A DNA stretch of 58,062 nt, filler included, from Porpidia crustulata (lineage: Eukaryota): assembly GCA_964255105.1 (NCBI GenBank). It is 6 parts of 6 records of this genome, joined end to end, with 100 filler letters (N's around TTAATTAATTAA, not from the genome) between each part and the next. Parts side by side here need not be neighbours in the genome. Positions count along the whole stretch, not along the records: positions 1 to 9,611 come from CAXUWE010000910.1; positions 9,712 to 19,319 come from CAXUWE010000911.1; 4 more parts are not named here. The stretch is one strand, 5' to 3'. Every line of letters starts with the position of its first letter. The stretch's first letter is position 1. The notes under the pieces were generated by a model. The model did no database searches and was not told the origin of the DNA. It saw nothing but the letters and a program-made list of their open reading frames with translations. Both the position numbers and the translations under genes were made by a program. Positions 1 to 13,400 of the stretch are shown here, in pieces.

Positions 1-1
1 T

Positions 2-157
2 CTTTGTGTAACTTTGGAAAGAAGTGTCTATCAACGGACTCTGGATACATTTGAAGATGATACGACCCTTTTTAGGCATATGTGGGGCTCAGAATATCCG
101 TTCTGGGGCATTTGCGGCGGAGTGTCCCATCAAGCGCTCGCCTGTGCCAACGTGTAA
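2..157 (+). CDS. Possible 3' end of a gene truncated by the window start (LCVTLERSVYQRTLDTFEDDTTLFRHMWGSEYPFWGICGGVSHQALACANV*)
   Basis: Open frame from position 2 to TAA at 155-157 with protein-like composition; family not recognised. Confidence 0.3.
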   Translation, partial: LCVTLERSVYQRTLDTFEDDTTLFRHMWGSEYPFWGICGGVSHQALACANV

Positions 158-1018
158 CAATTGGCGTTGCGAATCTGTGGAGAGCTTCAACCCACGACGC
201 AATATGAAGACTCACCCGAGCAGCTTTACGTTTCTTTCGTACGAGTATGATGGGCCGACGTGAACAAGTCTTCAATGTAGATCCTGCCTGCGAGCAGCCG
301 CAGTGCTTGGTTACGGGAGGCGGCGAGAGATGTCTCGGACCATGCTCTCGTCGCTGTGAGTCAAGGACTACGGATGCAAGCCTACGGTGGTTTATTGCAT
401 TGAACTACATCAACCTAGGTTCGATGTATCCACTTTGTTCGTGGGCGCCTCATCGGAAAGCTCACTCTCGAAAAGACACTGGCTCAGCGGCTTGTCACAC
501 CTGTCACACAGCGACAGTACTTCCAAACCCTGTTTCATGTACAGGTTTCTGATAAGTTCCTTTGGATGACACGTCTATGCTGATGGGCCAATGGGCAATC
601 TTCAGCTTATTCACGACTATCCTGTGGTATCTGCGGTCACTAATAGTCTTCCTTTTTGCCACGGACATTCCACATCATACCTCAGACAACGGCTTAGATT
701 TCGCCTCATTCGCAAATTCTAGGCCACTTATTGATCCTGATCCGTTTGGTTGGCCGGTCGGAGAACAAAGAGCCTCAGACTTGTGGGCGATCTTCACCAA
801 GCCCAATACACTAAATTGACCATGACCTGAAAGACCCAAATGCTCCGAAACGGACATTGTCTTCACCCACGCAACTGTGCGGCAAACGAGTCTCGGATTC
901 AACATCTTCCACACTCTTTCACTTAAGTTCTTGGCTTCCCCTCATTACATAGCTCGTCACCTCTGCTACATGCTGATCAATCTTCCTTTTTGTATAATTC
1001 AAATGCTCATTTAAGGCC

Positions 1019-2502
1019 ATGTTGACAAAGACAGATGATTTAGTCATAGATGCTGGACATCATATGCGTGAGAAGTCCGTCCTTGAAGATAGCAAGTACG
1101 AGAAAGTTTTTTTGGACACCAGCTGGGCAAATGTATTCTCCTCCTCCTCCCATTCCCAGAAGTCATAATATCTGACCGTCGACATAGGGACTTCGGGGAA
1201 TTGCCGCTGTCTTTGTCATGTGTAGCCATATGACCCTGGCTTTCGCTCGTTATATCGTTCGGCCAGCGGAGGGCGAAAATGGTGCTATCTCATTAATGCA
1301 ACAGCCCATATTTCGCCTTGTCGCCCAAGGTCCCGCATGGGTGGCTTTGTTCTTTATCCTCTCTGGGTTTGTCAATGCACTCAAACCGATCAAGCTGGCT
1401 AGATCGGGCAATATTGAGGCAGCTCTATCCAACCTCGCGATCAGCTCTTTTAGGCGGCCGTTCCGCCTAGCGCTTCCAGCAACTGCTGCGACTGTTTGCA
1501 TTTGGCTCGTCACCCAATTCGGAGCTTTTGAGACGGCAAGGAACTCGGATGCGTATTGGCTATACATCACCAGTCCAAGTCCCAATGAAACATGGAGCAA
1601 GGCAGTGAAAGACCTGATATCAGCTATCCGCACAACTTGGTTGTACGAACCATCGAATCCCTACGATCAGCCACAATGGGCTCTCATATATCTTCTTCAA
1701 GGATCCTTGTTTGTTTTTGCCGTGTTGCTGTTGACGATCAACCTTACCCCTCGGTTTCGAGTCTTGGCGGTTGTAGTCTGTTACTTTTGGTCCATGAATT
1801 GGAGCAACCAACTTCGTGATCGTAGGGCTTCCTCCAACTCCCCGCGTCGAGCGTATACTAATTTTCACAGCCATGGTCGGCCCCAATGTCTTCGCCGGTA
1901 TTCTTCTCGTCGAACTAAACTACTCGCAATACCCTCTCCACTTCGCTCGCTCCTCCATGTTATTTGCTCCACCGCTCGCTTTCTTGAGCCTCGTTCTGAT
2001 GTCTTTCCCGTCCCAATTCCAGACCTGGACACCATGGACTAACTTCCTTCTTGACTTGTTCTACATTATAGCTCCGGAAAATGGCAATCTATCATGGTTT
2101 TGGCCCTCGATTGGTGCCCAACTCCTTACCTTTTCAATCATTATGTCTCCTCATTTGCAGAAAGCACTAAGCCACTCATGGTTGCTGTTCCTCGGGCAGA
2201 TCAGTTTTCCACTATATCTACTCCATGGATCCTTCATGCGAAGTCTCCTGGCTTGGCTTCTCTTCGCCCAACAGGACCTGAAGAGAGTAGAATCAGATGG
2301 AAAGCAGTATATGCGGTATCCACAGCCAGGGTTATTGACCTTTGCCATTGTGTTACCAACATTTACAACTTTACTTTTATCAGCATCTTATGCATGGGCG
2401 GTAAAGGTGGAGCCTTGGTTCGCTTGGAGCACTAAGAAGGCAGAAGACATTATGTTCGGGAAGGAAGAACGATCTCCTTTGCTACCCTCAAAGCAGTGGT
2501 AA
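1019..2502 (+). CDS. Acyltransferase family 3 (O-acyltransferase) multi-pass membrane protein
   Basis: gccATG at 1019; splicing intron 1133-1187 gives the family N-terminal motif W(A)NGLRGIAAVFV; GPAWVALFFILSGFV and FLGQISFPLYLLHG motifs; second intron ~1821-1870 joins ORFs 1218..2042 and 1816..2502. Confidence 0.85.
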
Positions 2503-2981
2503 AGTTTCATGTACAAATTTTCGGCATTTGTTATTCAACCACTATTTACGATTTGTCTTCGGCACCAGCCTGTGGCGTTGGAAATTTTGGGATTGAATTT
2601 TAACATCAGCCGACATTTCATGTATATACATATTCTCTAAATGATCTATCAAGTCTGTACCTTCTTAGCCCACGGCAGGGTAACGTGTAATGACCTGAGA
2701 TTAGGCTCAAAGAAAACCTGGATGTATACACTGGATTGGCAAGAACAAGAAGCGGCAGATTTAAACGCGATTTCCGTCACACTTACTCGATGGTATCATG
2801 GTACTTTTAGGCATTGGTACAGCTGGTCAAATCACCACTATCGATCGTCGAGCATTCTCTATCCAGGCAAGCAAGCTGTATACGTCTCCTTAGCCTTGGA
2901 ACCTAGCATCTGATGAACAAGATCCGTTTAGGTGGACGTATCGGAAGTCAAAAATAGCGTACGCAGAATATATCACCTTGG

Positions 2982-3628
2982 CTAGACGCCCATACTGATC
3001 TTCTTTCCGTAAATCTTCTCCGCCAGCAATCTCAAGCTCATCGGCGTTTTACTATCCTCGTAGTGCTCAATGACACTCATCTTGGTCACAGTACGGCCGA
3101 TATGGGCCCACTGCGTCCCATCCATTGCCATTGTCTCGCACGCTTCCCTCGTCTCCGGTGACCACCACCCCGGTAGCAAGCCACGGCGGCTCTCCACAAG
3201 GTTCAAAAAGCGGCCAAAGTCCTCCGTGGGATCCTTCCCCGCGTAGAGGCCGCGTTTTTCGTTCGCGAAGTTGCTGTCATCTTCCAAGCGCATGCGGTAG
3301 CAGTCTATGAGCTGCTGGTAGGTATAGGGTTTCGGGAAAGAGTGGAGGTAGGTGTCGCCGACCAGATTCTTGAAGAAGTCACCCATGGGTTTGGGCATGG
3401 CGTTGAAGTCGGTTTGGCCGCTCGGAGTGGGCTTAGGGGCTGCGCATTCTCGCTTGTGGGTTTTCCAGTCAGCCATTTGGCATTCGCGAGAGCAATAATG
3501 CTTGTCCAGGCATTTTGCGCAGCGTTTCAGGGGTACTGAAATTTCTGATTGGGATTTCTTGCAGTTGGCGTAGGTGGTATTGGGATCTTGATTGAATGTA
3601 CGGATAATGGGAAATTGGATTGAGACAT
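2982..3628 (-). CDS. MYND zinc-finger protein of a common fungal family, 5' end apparently damaged
   Basis: Frame upstream of ORF 2982..3476 reads YANCKKSQSEISVPLKRCAKCLDKHYCSRECQMADWKTHKREC (MYND); conserved C-terminal LIDCYRMRLED...LLPGWWS...EHY...LRLLAEKIYG; the nearest ATG (3628) is out of frame. Confidence 0.7.
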
Positions 3629-3953
3629 TTTCACTGGAGGATTCTTGGTCACTTTCGCAAATAAAGACAATGATAAAACGTTGAAATTGACGGAGATGCT
3701 GAAAGTTGGGAGGAGGTTTTAGGGTGATGGAGAGTTATGATTTGTACTTAATGGATGCTGCCTTTGTAGATGTGAATTAAGATAGGGTCGAGCAAAAGCC
3801 AAAGTACCTCACTGTAGAAAACTATCCCATCTTTTTATTTACATGGCTTTCACTTTACGATCTCACATTCACAAACCTCAGCAAGTATTAGATGTCACAT
3901 TAGTTGCTAACCGACGAATAAAGGACTCTACTAGCTTCCGCTGTAGGGCTGAG

Positions 3954-4003
3954 GATGCCCTGGCAACCAGCATCTCGGGTCAAAACAAAGCAAATGTAAA
4001 CGA
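3954..4003 (+). promoter_or_regulatory. Putative RFX X-box-like (GATGCCCTGGCAAC) and forkhead-like (GTAAACGA) sites upstream of the kinesin
   Basis: Motif match only, 100-150 bp upstream of a mitotic gene. Confidence 0.3.
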
Positions 4004-4103
4004 TTAAATGTCTTCGGTAATTGCGTAGGGGCGTGCGCAACGGTCAATGATAGTCTTCACCTCGTAATCACGTCAGAGCCATCAGATACATATCATCGTA
4101 GAT

Positions 4104-6782
4104 ATGGAGCCTCCTCAGAAACCACCACCAACGTCACTTTTCCAAGTGTACCTACGTCTCCGTCCTCCACCATCACCACTTGTCCAATTGACACAACAAT
4201 CGCTATATCCTCTACTCCCGGGCCCTGAACGATATCTTACAGTGGAATCAACCTACAATGACTCCCCTGATGGCAAGCCTACACATATCACAATCCATCC
4301 GCCAAGCGAATCACGAAAAAGAGCGGTGGAGAAATTCGCCTTTACCAAGGTCTTTGAGGAAGAGGCATCGCAGCTTGACATCTTTCGAGAGACTGGAGTT
4401 GTATCTTTAGTCGAGGGAGTGCTAGGTGAGGGAAGAGATGGTCTAGTTGCTACGTTGGGAGTGACGGGCTCTGGAAAGGTTTGAGAGCATAGACCATTGA
4501 TGGCAGAACAGAAGGGGGTCTAATTGATCGCAGAGCCATACAATCCTGGGATCGAAATCGCAACGAGGTATCACCCAACTATCGGTTGACCTTCTATTCA
4601 GATCTCTCGGCAAGCAGATACTCCATCCCACCACCAGCCCCTCGTTAGTGTTATCTTTAAGCGCAGCGGATTCTTCGGAAGGACAGATACTCTCAGCCTC
4701 AAGTTTCCTCGATGGCATGTTTGGGGACGTTACGCAGTCGCAGCGAAGCTCCCGGGCCCCCACACCCATGATGGTATGCAGAATTTCTACTTCACCCAAA
4801 ATACCCCCTGCTTCAACCGGGCTTTATGGCCAGTGGTCTATCCTAAGTCTCGATGCTGGATCTTCTCCCATAGAAGAGAAATCAAACGCAGAGTCACTGA
4901 TAGCTTTACCTTCCCAAACCATTGACCAGGGGGAGCGATCCCTACCTTCCAAATCATTCATTTGGAACACCCCCAGAATAACGAGAAAACAAGCTAAACT
5001 ACGCTTCGGTAACACCCTCCAGGATCCCCATTTCGTTCCAAGCGTACCGAAGCGCAACCTCCCTCAACGACCTTCGGTGCTTCCGAGTTTTCCTGATATC
5101 AGCGATTTATCCGTATCGACGAACCCGAATACAGAATATACGATTTTGGTGTCCATGTATGAAGTGTATAACGACAGAATATTTGATCTCCTTTCAAAGT
5201 CTCAGAATCTGAAAGACCTACGTCGACGACCGCTTTTGTTCAAATCTACAGAAGCCTCACCAGATCGGAAAGTAGTCGCTGGGCTCCGAAAGGTTGTTTG
5301 TGGAAGTTACGAAGAGGCACTTGTGGTGCTTGAGATAGGATTGGTACAGCGAAGAGTCGCTGGGACTGGAAGTAATAGCGTGAGTTCAAGAAGTCATGGA
5401 TTCTTTTGCGTCGAGGTAAAGAGGAGGGCAAAGGGTGGCATGGCAAGCCTGTGGAGTGGAGCGCAGCTTACGATTGTTGATTTGGCTGGTGAGATGCAAA
5501 GAGAAGAGATCCAGTCACTTTCAGAATGCGCGCTTACCAAGAATGAGATAGGTTCGGAACGTGCGAGAAACGCTAAAACAGCTGGAGCTACCCTGGTTGA
5601 AGCAGGCAAAATCAATGAGAGCTTAATGTACTTAGGCCAATGTCTCCAGATGCAGAGCGACTGTCAAGAGGGGTCAAAGGTGGGTCTCTTGATTGACATC
5701 CTCGGATCTGCCTTGTTAACATTCGATAGCCTTCCATCGTCCCGTTCCGCCAATGCAAGCTCACCGAGCTTCTCTTCTCCAATTCCTTTCCATCCTCATC
5801 ACATCACCCGTCGCATCATGCTGTACATCACCGCAACGCCCAGAAAGCGATCATGATTGTGACCGCCGACCCTCTTGGTGACTTCAATGCTACCTCCCAA
5901 ATATTACGTTACTCCGCCCTGGCTCGCGAAGTCACTGTTCCACGAATCCCTTCCGTGTCCAGTACCATTCTGTCTTCCATCTCGGCATCCCACAAACCTC
6001 AAATTCAGACTACGAGCGGGCGTACCTCGCCAAATGAAACAGAAGATACGGATAAGGGTGCCATTCTGGAAATGGCTTTTTCCGAAATCGCGCGTTTGAG
6101 CGAGGAAGTCGAGATATTAACGATCCGACTGAGCGAAGAAGAGGGAAGGAGAAGGGAGGCGGAAGAAGAATGGCAGAAGGCGGAGGAGAAGGCGGAAGCA
6201 ATCGAGACGGCTGTGAGGGAGGAATGTTGGGGGGACATGGAAGGGAAGCTGGCCGAGGAGAGGAGAAGATGGATGGGAGCCTGGGGCGAGGAGGCATGTT
6301 TACTATGAATTGGCGCTTTAGGAATGCAACGAGCTAATACAGCGCAGGCCGACCGCAATGACGAGCACCTCGACCGCAAACTGGAGATTCTGTCTCAAGG
6401 CATCCAAATCCACGAAGACGCTCCTCAATCGCCAAGTCAGTACACGGAAGACTTGGAATTGGAAAACGAAGCTCTACGCCGCAAACTCGAGAGTCTGGAG
6501 CGGGAACTCCAATCTCAATCACCCACTCGATCGGCCAGGAAGTCGCCGCTTAGCCTCAGGGTAGGACAAGACGACTTCAGTCCGATTATAAGCAGATTTG
6601 ATACGATGCACTTAAAGGAGAACGACAGTAGCAGGATGGGGATGGGCTCGCTGAGTAAGGAGATGCGGACACCGAGTAAAGGGGAGGTCAAGATACCGGG
6701 CAGGAAAGTCAGGAAATTGACGGCGAAGAAGTGGGACTTGATGGATGAGAACGAAATGGACACGTATGGGGAGTATTACTAA
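4104..6782 (+). CDS. Kinesin motor protein, kinesin-6 (Klp9/MKLP-like) type
   Basis: FQVYLRLRP, P-loop GVTGSGK|SHT, YEVYNDRIFDLL, switch I NSVSSRSH, switch II VDLAG|SER, INESLMYLGQC, VPFRQCKLTELLF; C-terminal coiled coil; introns ~4480-4534, 4774-5022, ~5490-5551, ~5680-5730, 6294-6347. Confidence 0.92.
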
Positions 6783-8118
6783 TAGGGATGGAGGCGTTTG
6801 TTTCGTGACAGGCTTTGGCAGCGATAGTCGTGGGCATGGTGTCTCGATGGCAAGGAGTCTGTCTTTTGGAATAATACCTCTGGCGCAGTGTCCGACCATG
6901 ATTGGAATAAAATACCTTGTCGCCCTTTTCTGCACCGCAACTCCGCAACCCTATCTGGAAGCAATGCACGAGAATCTCGCAGTTCGCAGGGTGGCATATT
7001 TCGAACCGACTTGACCGTCGGATTCGCTTACCGTTTCCGCATTAGGGCCGCCAGCTCGAAGAAACCTGGACGTCACGCGCCGGCGGGAATTGAAAACGAA
7101 TGCTGGACGCTGAGTAACGTACGACTAAGTTCCACCATTCTCAAGAAATTCATAGGAGCTTCGCTGTTTGTAGCCTGTGAGCTGAGGTTTGTAATTGCAT
7201 CTCGACCTTTATAGCTACTTGGCGGACTGTTTAATAAGTATGAGGTTTTGCTGACCTGATTGTTTTTGGCTGAAAGCTGGAGAAAGAACACGTGCGCTGG
7301 TAGGCGAGTTCATTCGAGACGCAGGGAAAAGGGCTTGGGCGTCGGTACTCCGCGCATGCAGCAATTGGCTACCCACTTGACGGGACTGCAGTGTGATTCC
7401 CAGATTAAATATTTTACACCCGGATATATTTCAATATCTCGGACGTGGCCGACTTTTTGCGCGACCTCGTACGAACATCTCCCCTTCTTGTTCTGATTTC
7501 CCCATGTCAGATGTCCATTACTTTGCTGGCGGGAACAAAGAATGAGAAGTGGAACAGCGCCACAGGCAGTAATTAATAGTCGCTACGGACTAGGGTGTAG
7601 CGAATTATCATCAACGTAAGAGCTAGAACGATGCGGGCTGCCGAGCTCCCCGTAAAGAAGCGTAAGGAAGACGCTCCTAGGTGGTTCGTAGCTCTTGCTT
7701 CGACAAAGTCAAAACATGGGAAAGACAGCGGGAGCTAGATGGAAGTTATGGATAAGGGGAAACAATTAGCAACAACAACAGGAGGTGGGACCGTGGGGGG
7801 GAGATGACAATAATACGGTACGGGGTTTAATTGTCTGATGCGAATTGTCGTAGCCATTGCTCTTTACTTATCAACACACATCCTTATACTCAATTTAACA
7901 CCTAGAAATACATAGAATCTCACCGTGAATTCCTCTTCGTCACTTCGAGTGATCCACACAACGTAATCCTTTAAAACCCCAGTTCTCATCGGCCTTGAGA
8001 CCAAACAGCTACACCATAAGCTCGAAATAAGCAAGAAAGAAAAATCCCCACAATCCCATCAATTCCAGCTCTAACCTACAGAAAACCCCACACATCTCGG
8101 ATTGTCACCAATCTCATC

Positions 8119-9410
8119 ATGATCGCCGCACGAGTCGTCGGTCGGTCGTCGCGGTTCATCGCTGCAGCGACCACCAGCGGCACCCCTCGCATCGCCGCAA
8201 CCGCAACACTGATCAACTCCCACAAACCCATTAACATCGTCCGACCCCTCACCAGTTCGACGAAGCTGTACAAGGAAGACAAGTCCTCGGCTTCCGACAA
8301 GAGCGCCGCCGCCACGGCGCTCGAGGGAGACGCCGGCCATGAGGGCAGCTTCTCCCGTACCGACAACAAAGTGACGATTGAGTACCCTGAGGAGCATGAG
8401 TTGCCACCGAGCACTCCGGTGCAGGGACGTGGAGGGCTACACTTCAAGCGGACTCTGGCGTCGTTTACTTTGGAAGGGAAGGTGGTTGTTGTCACTGGTG
8501 GGGCAAGAGGTTTGGGGTTGGTTATGAGCCAGGCCGCTGTCATCAGCGGTGCTGACGTTGCTATTGTTGATCTAAATAGTGAGTTAAATCATTTACTACT
8601 ACGGGGATATGCTAATTACGATCTACAGAGGAGGAAGGTGAACGTCAAGCCAAAGAGTTGATGAAGCACTTTGTAGACGAGAATCCAGGCGCTGAAGCGT
8701 ATGTGTACTGCGATAGTATGAGAAATCGTCTAATCCCTCCTAGAATCCCCAAGGTCACTGCTCACTACGCAGACGTCTCTGATCCCGAGTCCGTCAATGC
8801 CGCCATTGCCGAAATAGTCGCCGACCACGGCAAAATTGATAATCTCGTCACCTCCGCCGGCTTCACCGAGAACTTCGACGCCATCGCCTATCCACCAGAT
8901 CGCATGCGCAAGCTCTGGGGCGTCAATGTCGACGGGACCTATTTCTTCGCCATCGCCGTTGCAAAGCATCTAATGGAACGCAAGGCCAATGGCGCGGTCG
9001 TTTTCATTGGGAGTATGTCGGGCGCCGTCGTCAATGTGCCGCAGCCGCAAGCACCTTACAATGCCGCCAAAGCGGCCGTGAGGCATCTGGCGAGCAGTCT
9101 GGCGGTCGAGTGGGCACACGCGGGCATTCGTGTCAACGTGATTTCTCCGGGTTACATGTTGACGGCATTGTAAGTTCAATAAACCTTTGCTCACATTTCT
9201 CGTAAGTCCTAAGCTAATTTGATGCCCAGGACCAAGAAAATCCTCGACGACAACCCAGATCTCTACAAACATTGGATCTCCCTGATCCCCCAAGGCAAGA
9301 TGGGACAGCCGGAGGATCTCATGGGCGCCGTCACCTTCTTGCTCAGCGACGCCGCGGGTTACATCACCGGAGCGGATCTCCGGGTTGATGGGGGTTACAC
9401 CGTCACTTGA
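8119..9410 (+). CDS. Short-chain dehydrogenase, D-arabinitol 2-dehydrogenase-like, with probable mitochondrial presequence
   Basis: TGGARGLG NAD-binding motif, YNAAK catalytic motif, VNVPQPQAPYN, DLRVDGGYT end; Arg/Ser/Ala-rich N-terminus; three short introns. Confidence 0.9.
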
Positions 9411-9611
9411 GAGGTTGTTCCACTGGTAGTGGTAGGAGGTCGGTAGAGAGGGGAAAAGAAAACTGGGGAGAGGGAATCGCCGTGGTCAAAAACTCAATCG
9501 ATGATGCTGTCTATCTTTGACTCGGTTTAGCGTTGGGAATAGAACGATCAGTTATTTTTTCCACAGGACGCATAAGGGGGTCACGGGTGCGATGGCGTGG
9601 GTGTTTAGGGG

Positions 9612-9711
9612 NNNNNNNNNNNNNNNNNNNNNNNNNNNNNNNNNNNNNNNNNNNNTTAATTAATTAANNNNNNNNNNNNNNNNNNNNNNNNNNNNNNNNN
9701 NNNNNNNNNNN
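9612..9711. other. Artificial contig spacer N44-TTAATTAATTAA-N44
   Basis: 100-nt N run with a six-frame stop linker. Confidence 0.98.
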
Positions 9712-10421
9712 GACGGATATTACGAATGTGGTATGGGGTGGCTTTTCAAAAAAAAAAAAAAAAAAGACATGGCGAGAATTGTTTAGAATTGTTTAGTGAT
9801 GATTATGAATGACTCTTCATGTATTCCTAGTCATCTCATCTCATCTCATCTCTCCGTCTCTCAAAACGGGAACGCAAGCTGTTCCAATCCTATCCTATCC
9901 TACTATCCTATCCGTACTTTTGCGCGGCCGCAGACATCAAACAACCTCCTTCGTCCACCACATCAACAACAACCGCCCTCGCGACGCTCATGTTCCCACA
10001 ACCTAACGTTCCAGATACATTTGGCGCACACATATCCTACCGATGCTTTTTTGGGGTTCGCCCCGCCGTGATGCCATGAAGAGTTGTTGCGAAAAAAAGG
10101 AAAGAGAAAAAGAACGATCCGGGAGGAAAAAGAAGAAAGAAAAAGCCGTGGCCGATCCGGTTCAACGGCAGCTCAGGACGAATTATCTACCTCCCCGATT
10201 CGCATGCGTCGGGGGAAAAAAAGCGTGCCGCCGCTAATTGTGTACAGTTCGAAAGGACGCTAAGATGCTATCTGGGATGGCCGGAAGGAACCAATGCTCT
10301 AGGACAAAACATTATGGTACAGGAAGGCGTACGTTCGTGAGAATGAAACCTTCTACTACATGAGACTCGTGGTAAAAATCTGAAAAGGATGTGGGGATGT
10401 GGTCTATGATATCGAGTTTTT

Positions 10422-13400
10422 TTAGACGACTGTCATCATCGTCATGTGTCCGTTGATTTCGTTATCGTTGCCGGAAATCGTCCCCCCTAGGAACTTGCCA
10501 TTTTTGGGACTTTGGTTGACGCGGGGTATCTTGCTTCCGGCCGATGGAGAAGAAGGAGGGTTTTGAAACATGTGGCTGAAGGGCGGGTCTTGAGGAGTCA
10601 AGTCTACGGGTTTGGGAGAAAGCGGAGCATTTTCGGCACGGCGGACAATTTCTTTCAAGGCTCTTGTGACCACGCCAGCACGTGTCACCAGGTCCCGTAG
10701 AGATGTTGTGTCAAAGGGTAGTTTCTTTTGTGACGACTTAGAGTCGAGGAGGGCTGGGTTGTAATGGTTGCGCTGCTGGTGAATGGTTTCTAAGGCAGAC
10801 TTGGCTGTCGCTGTGGACTCACGACGAGGCCTAATCACGGGAGGCGTCTCGTATCGTGACCTATCTGGGGTCGAGCGTGAAGGCGTCTGAGAGCTTGGTG
10901 TTTCATTGTTATCGTTCAGAGATTCTTCGCCAGTGGCTGGTAGACCAGATCTACGCCTTCTATGGCTAGCGGGTGAATCTTCCTCGAATGGGTCGAATTC
11001 ATTGCTAGGCGAGCGAGCGAATATGTCTTGCTCGTCATCGTCCAAAGTTGCGAGATTTATAATGCCCTCTGCTTCTTTCCATAACTCACTGGACTGTCCC
11101 TGCATGATCCCTTGAGCACCAGCTTGCTGCTGAAGCCGCTTCAATTCTTCGACCAGCAACGTCAATTCTTTGACTTGCCCAAACTGTCCATGTACGCTTG
11201 CCTGTCTTTCCATAATGGCTGGAGGAACCAACATGCCTGAAGCACTTCGCGCAATATCACTACCGGATGACGACTGCTTGTTCGGGCGAATAGGTTCATC
11301 GAACTCGAAGTCATTATCCCAGTCCTCGCTGACACCTTTGTGACCCAGTATCCAAGATTCTAGCTTCTGCGTCGTGTTGTGGTTACGGTGGCCCGAGGCT
11401 TCCGGAGGAACTGGTACGCTCTGGCTACGTAAATGTAAAGCGCTCGGCCCTCGGCGGCCGCTTAAACGACTTCCACGAGACTCCTTGGTATTCTTTCCAT
11501 GTACCGTCCTCGGCCTAGGAGATGTACCTTGAGGAGATGTTTTCTCGATCAAAGGCTGCTCGGACCAATCGAAGATATTAGGTTTCGATGGCGTATCCTG
11601 CGGATCGGAGAGCTCAGAATCGAAGAGTTTGGGGTCAACTGAATTGAGCTCCGACGGTATCGGTAATCGGTTGAGGCGATTATCGCTAGGAGAATCGAGA
11701 AGACCGTGTCCGAAGTCCGCGTTCCCGGTCTCCATGTCCTCCAACGACCAGGTTTCGTCATCTTGAGATGCTTCCATACCTCGGTCGAGTATCCTCCTTA
11801 GCTTTAGCTCAAGGTTTGCGGTCGGTGGGGATGAAGAAAGGTCCGGTGAGTGTGTAATACTATCGGCGATATGTACAGGAGTGGGGTCGAGTCCATCCTT
11901 GCATGATCCTGCAGCCCGAGCAGAGATGGGCGAGATTGATTGTTCTTCTGCAACGCGGTGCCTCTTGGAACGAGATTCTGTGAATAAATCATTTGGCTCC
12001 AGGTCGTGCAATGCAAATAATTTGGCCTTGGATAATCCTGCCGGTGGAGACTCATCAAAAACCGTCTCAATCGGAAGTCTCCGCACACCAGAGTGGCTAC
12101 TTCCAGTTGCACCAGTCCTCAAAGAATCGTACACAGTGTCGCTTCGGCCATCCCCATCATCTTCATCACCGGACATAAAACGGCTGTTCTCATTGTCAGA
12201 ACCAAGTAATGTCGATGCCCGATCCGACGGAATTCTTAAGGACCGGCTAAATTTATATGTATTTGTGGGAGGCTCTTGTGGGCTAGATATTGATGGAGAA
12301 GGGGGGCTGGAAAGTCTGAGTGAAGACGATGATTTCTCGGGTTGTGGACTTGTTGGGTAAGAAGGCGCTATGTTTGGTAATTGAATGTCAAAGGTGGATG
12401 AACGATGGAGCGGTGGAAGCGGGGAAGATGAGGGTCTATCGTATGCTTCGAGAGGTTCTGAATCTGTTTCGTAAGTGCTGTCACCGCCTCTACCTGGTGA
12501 CCAAATTCTTGTCTGGGTTCCAAAACCAGATTGGCCTTGCGGGTAGATTGCCGGCTGCCGGCGTATTGAGGATTGCGGAGCTGAGGCGATCCTCCTGCCG
12601 TTTGAAGTCCTGTTGGTATCTTTGCTTCTCCTTCTGAGGCTCCCAGAGCGGGGGATTTTCCATGTCGATGGTGACGGGGACGGAAACATATCGGTAATGG
12701 AGAAAGAGCGTTTTGGCACTACTGTTGAGTCGACACTATCGTCTGACATCGTCTTATCGGTCGGGGACACAAAAGAATCAAACCCCGAAGACGTGGTAGG
12801 CCTTTTCTGACTAGAGACTTGTGGACTAACATCGTCCACGGTATCATCCGAGGACCTTGGAGTTATCGACGTTGCCAACAGAAGGGTCGGTAACTCGTTA
12901 ATGCCAGGCACAATACTTCGTGGCGATTCATTACGATTAATTACACCATTTGCTGCTCGTTTTCGTGCAGGGCCGTCTTTAATTACTTGTAGCGGCTTGG
13001 ACTTGAAGAAAGGTTGCCATGTTCTTGCTGATTCTTCAGAGGGAAACTTATCTTCCTGGAGGTCTTCGAAAGGGAGTGACTGACGGTATGAAGCTTGGGG
13101 AATTGACTCTTCATCATAGAAATGCCTCTGTTGAAGGGTAGCCGAACGTTGATGGCTGGTGGCAGGCCTGCGAAGCGTTGAATGCATTGGTTTACTGCTC
13201 TGCAAAGCCCGTTGCGAGGTACTGCGCTTGACCAGCTTGTTCCGTGGTGCTACCGTAGGGCTAGCATCGGAGATGGTAGGCAGGATAGGGGCGGTAGATC
13301 CGTTCGCAGTAGAACCATTCGACATTGAAAAAGTTGACCCAGGCCGGGGCGGCGTTGAAATGCCACTTTCGCTCTTAAGAGATGACAATGTTGACATTCG

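Noticed and set aside
9656..9667. TTAATTAATTAA recurring about every 9.7 kb as a periodic biological repeat
   Set aside because: Embedded in N runs; it is an assembly linker with stops in all six frames
9829..9912. (TCATC)n and (CTATC)n short repeats
   Set aside because: Ordinary 3'/intergenic microsatellites
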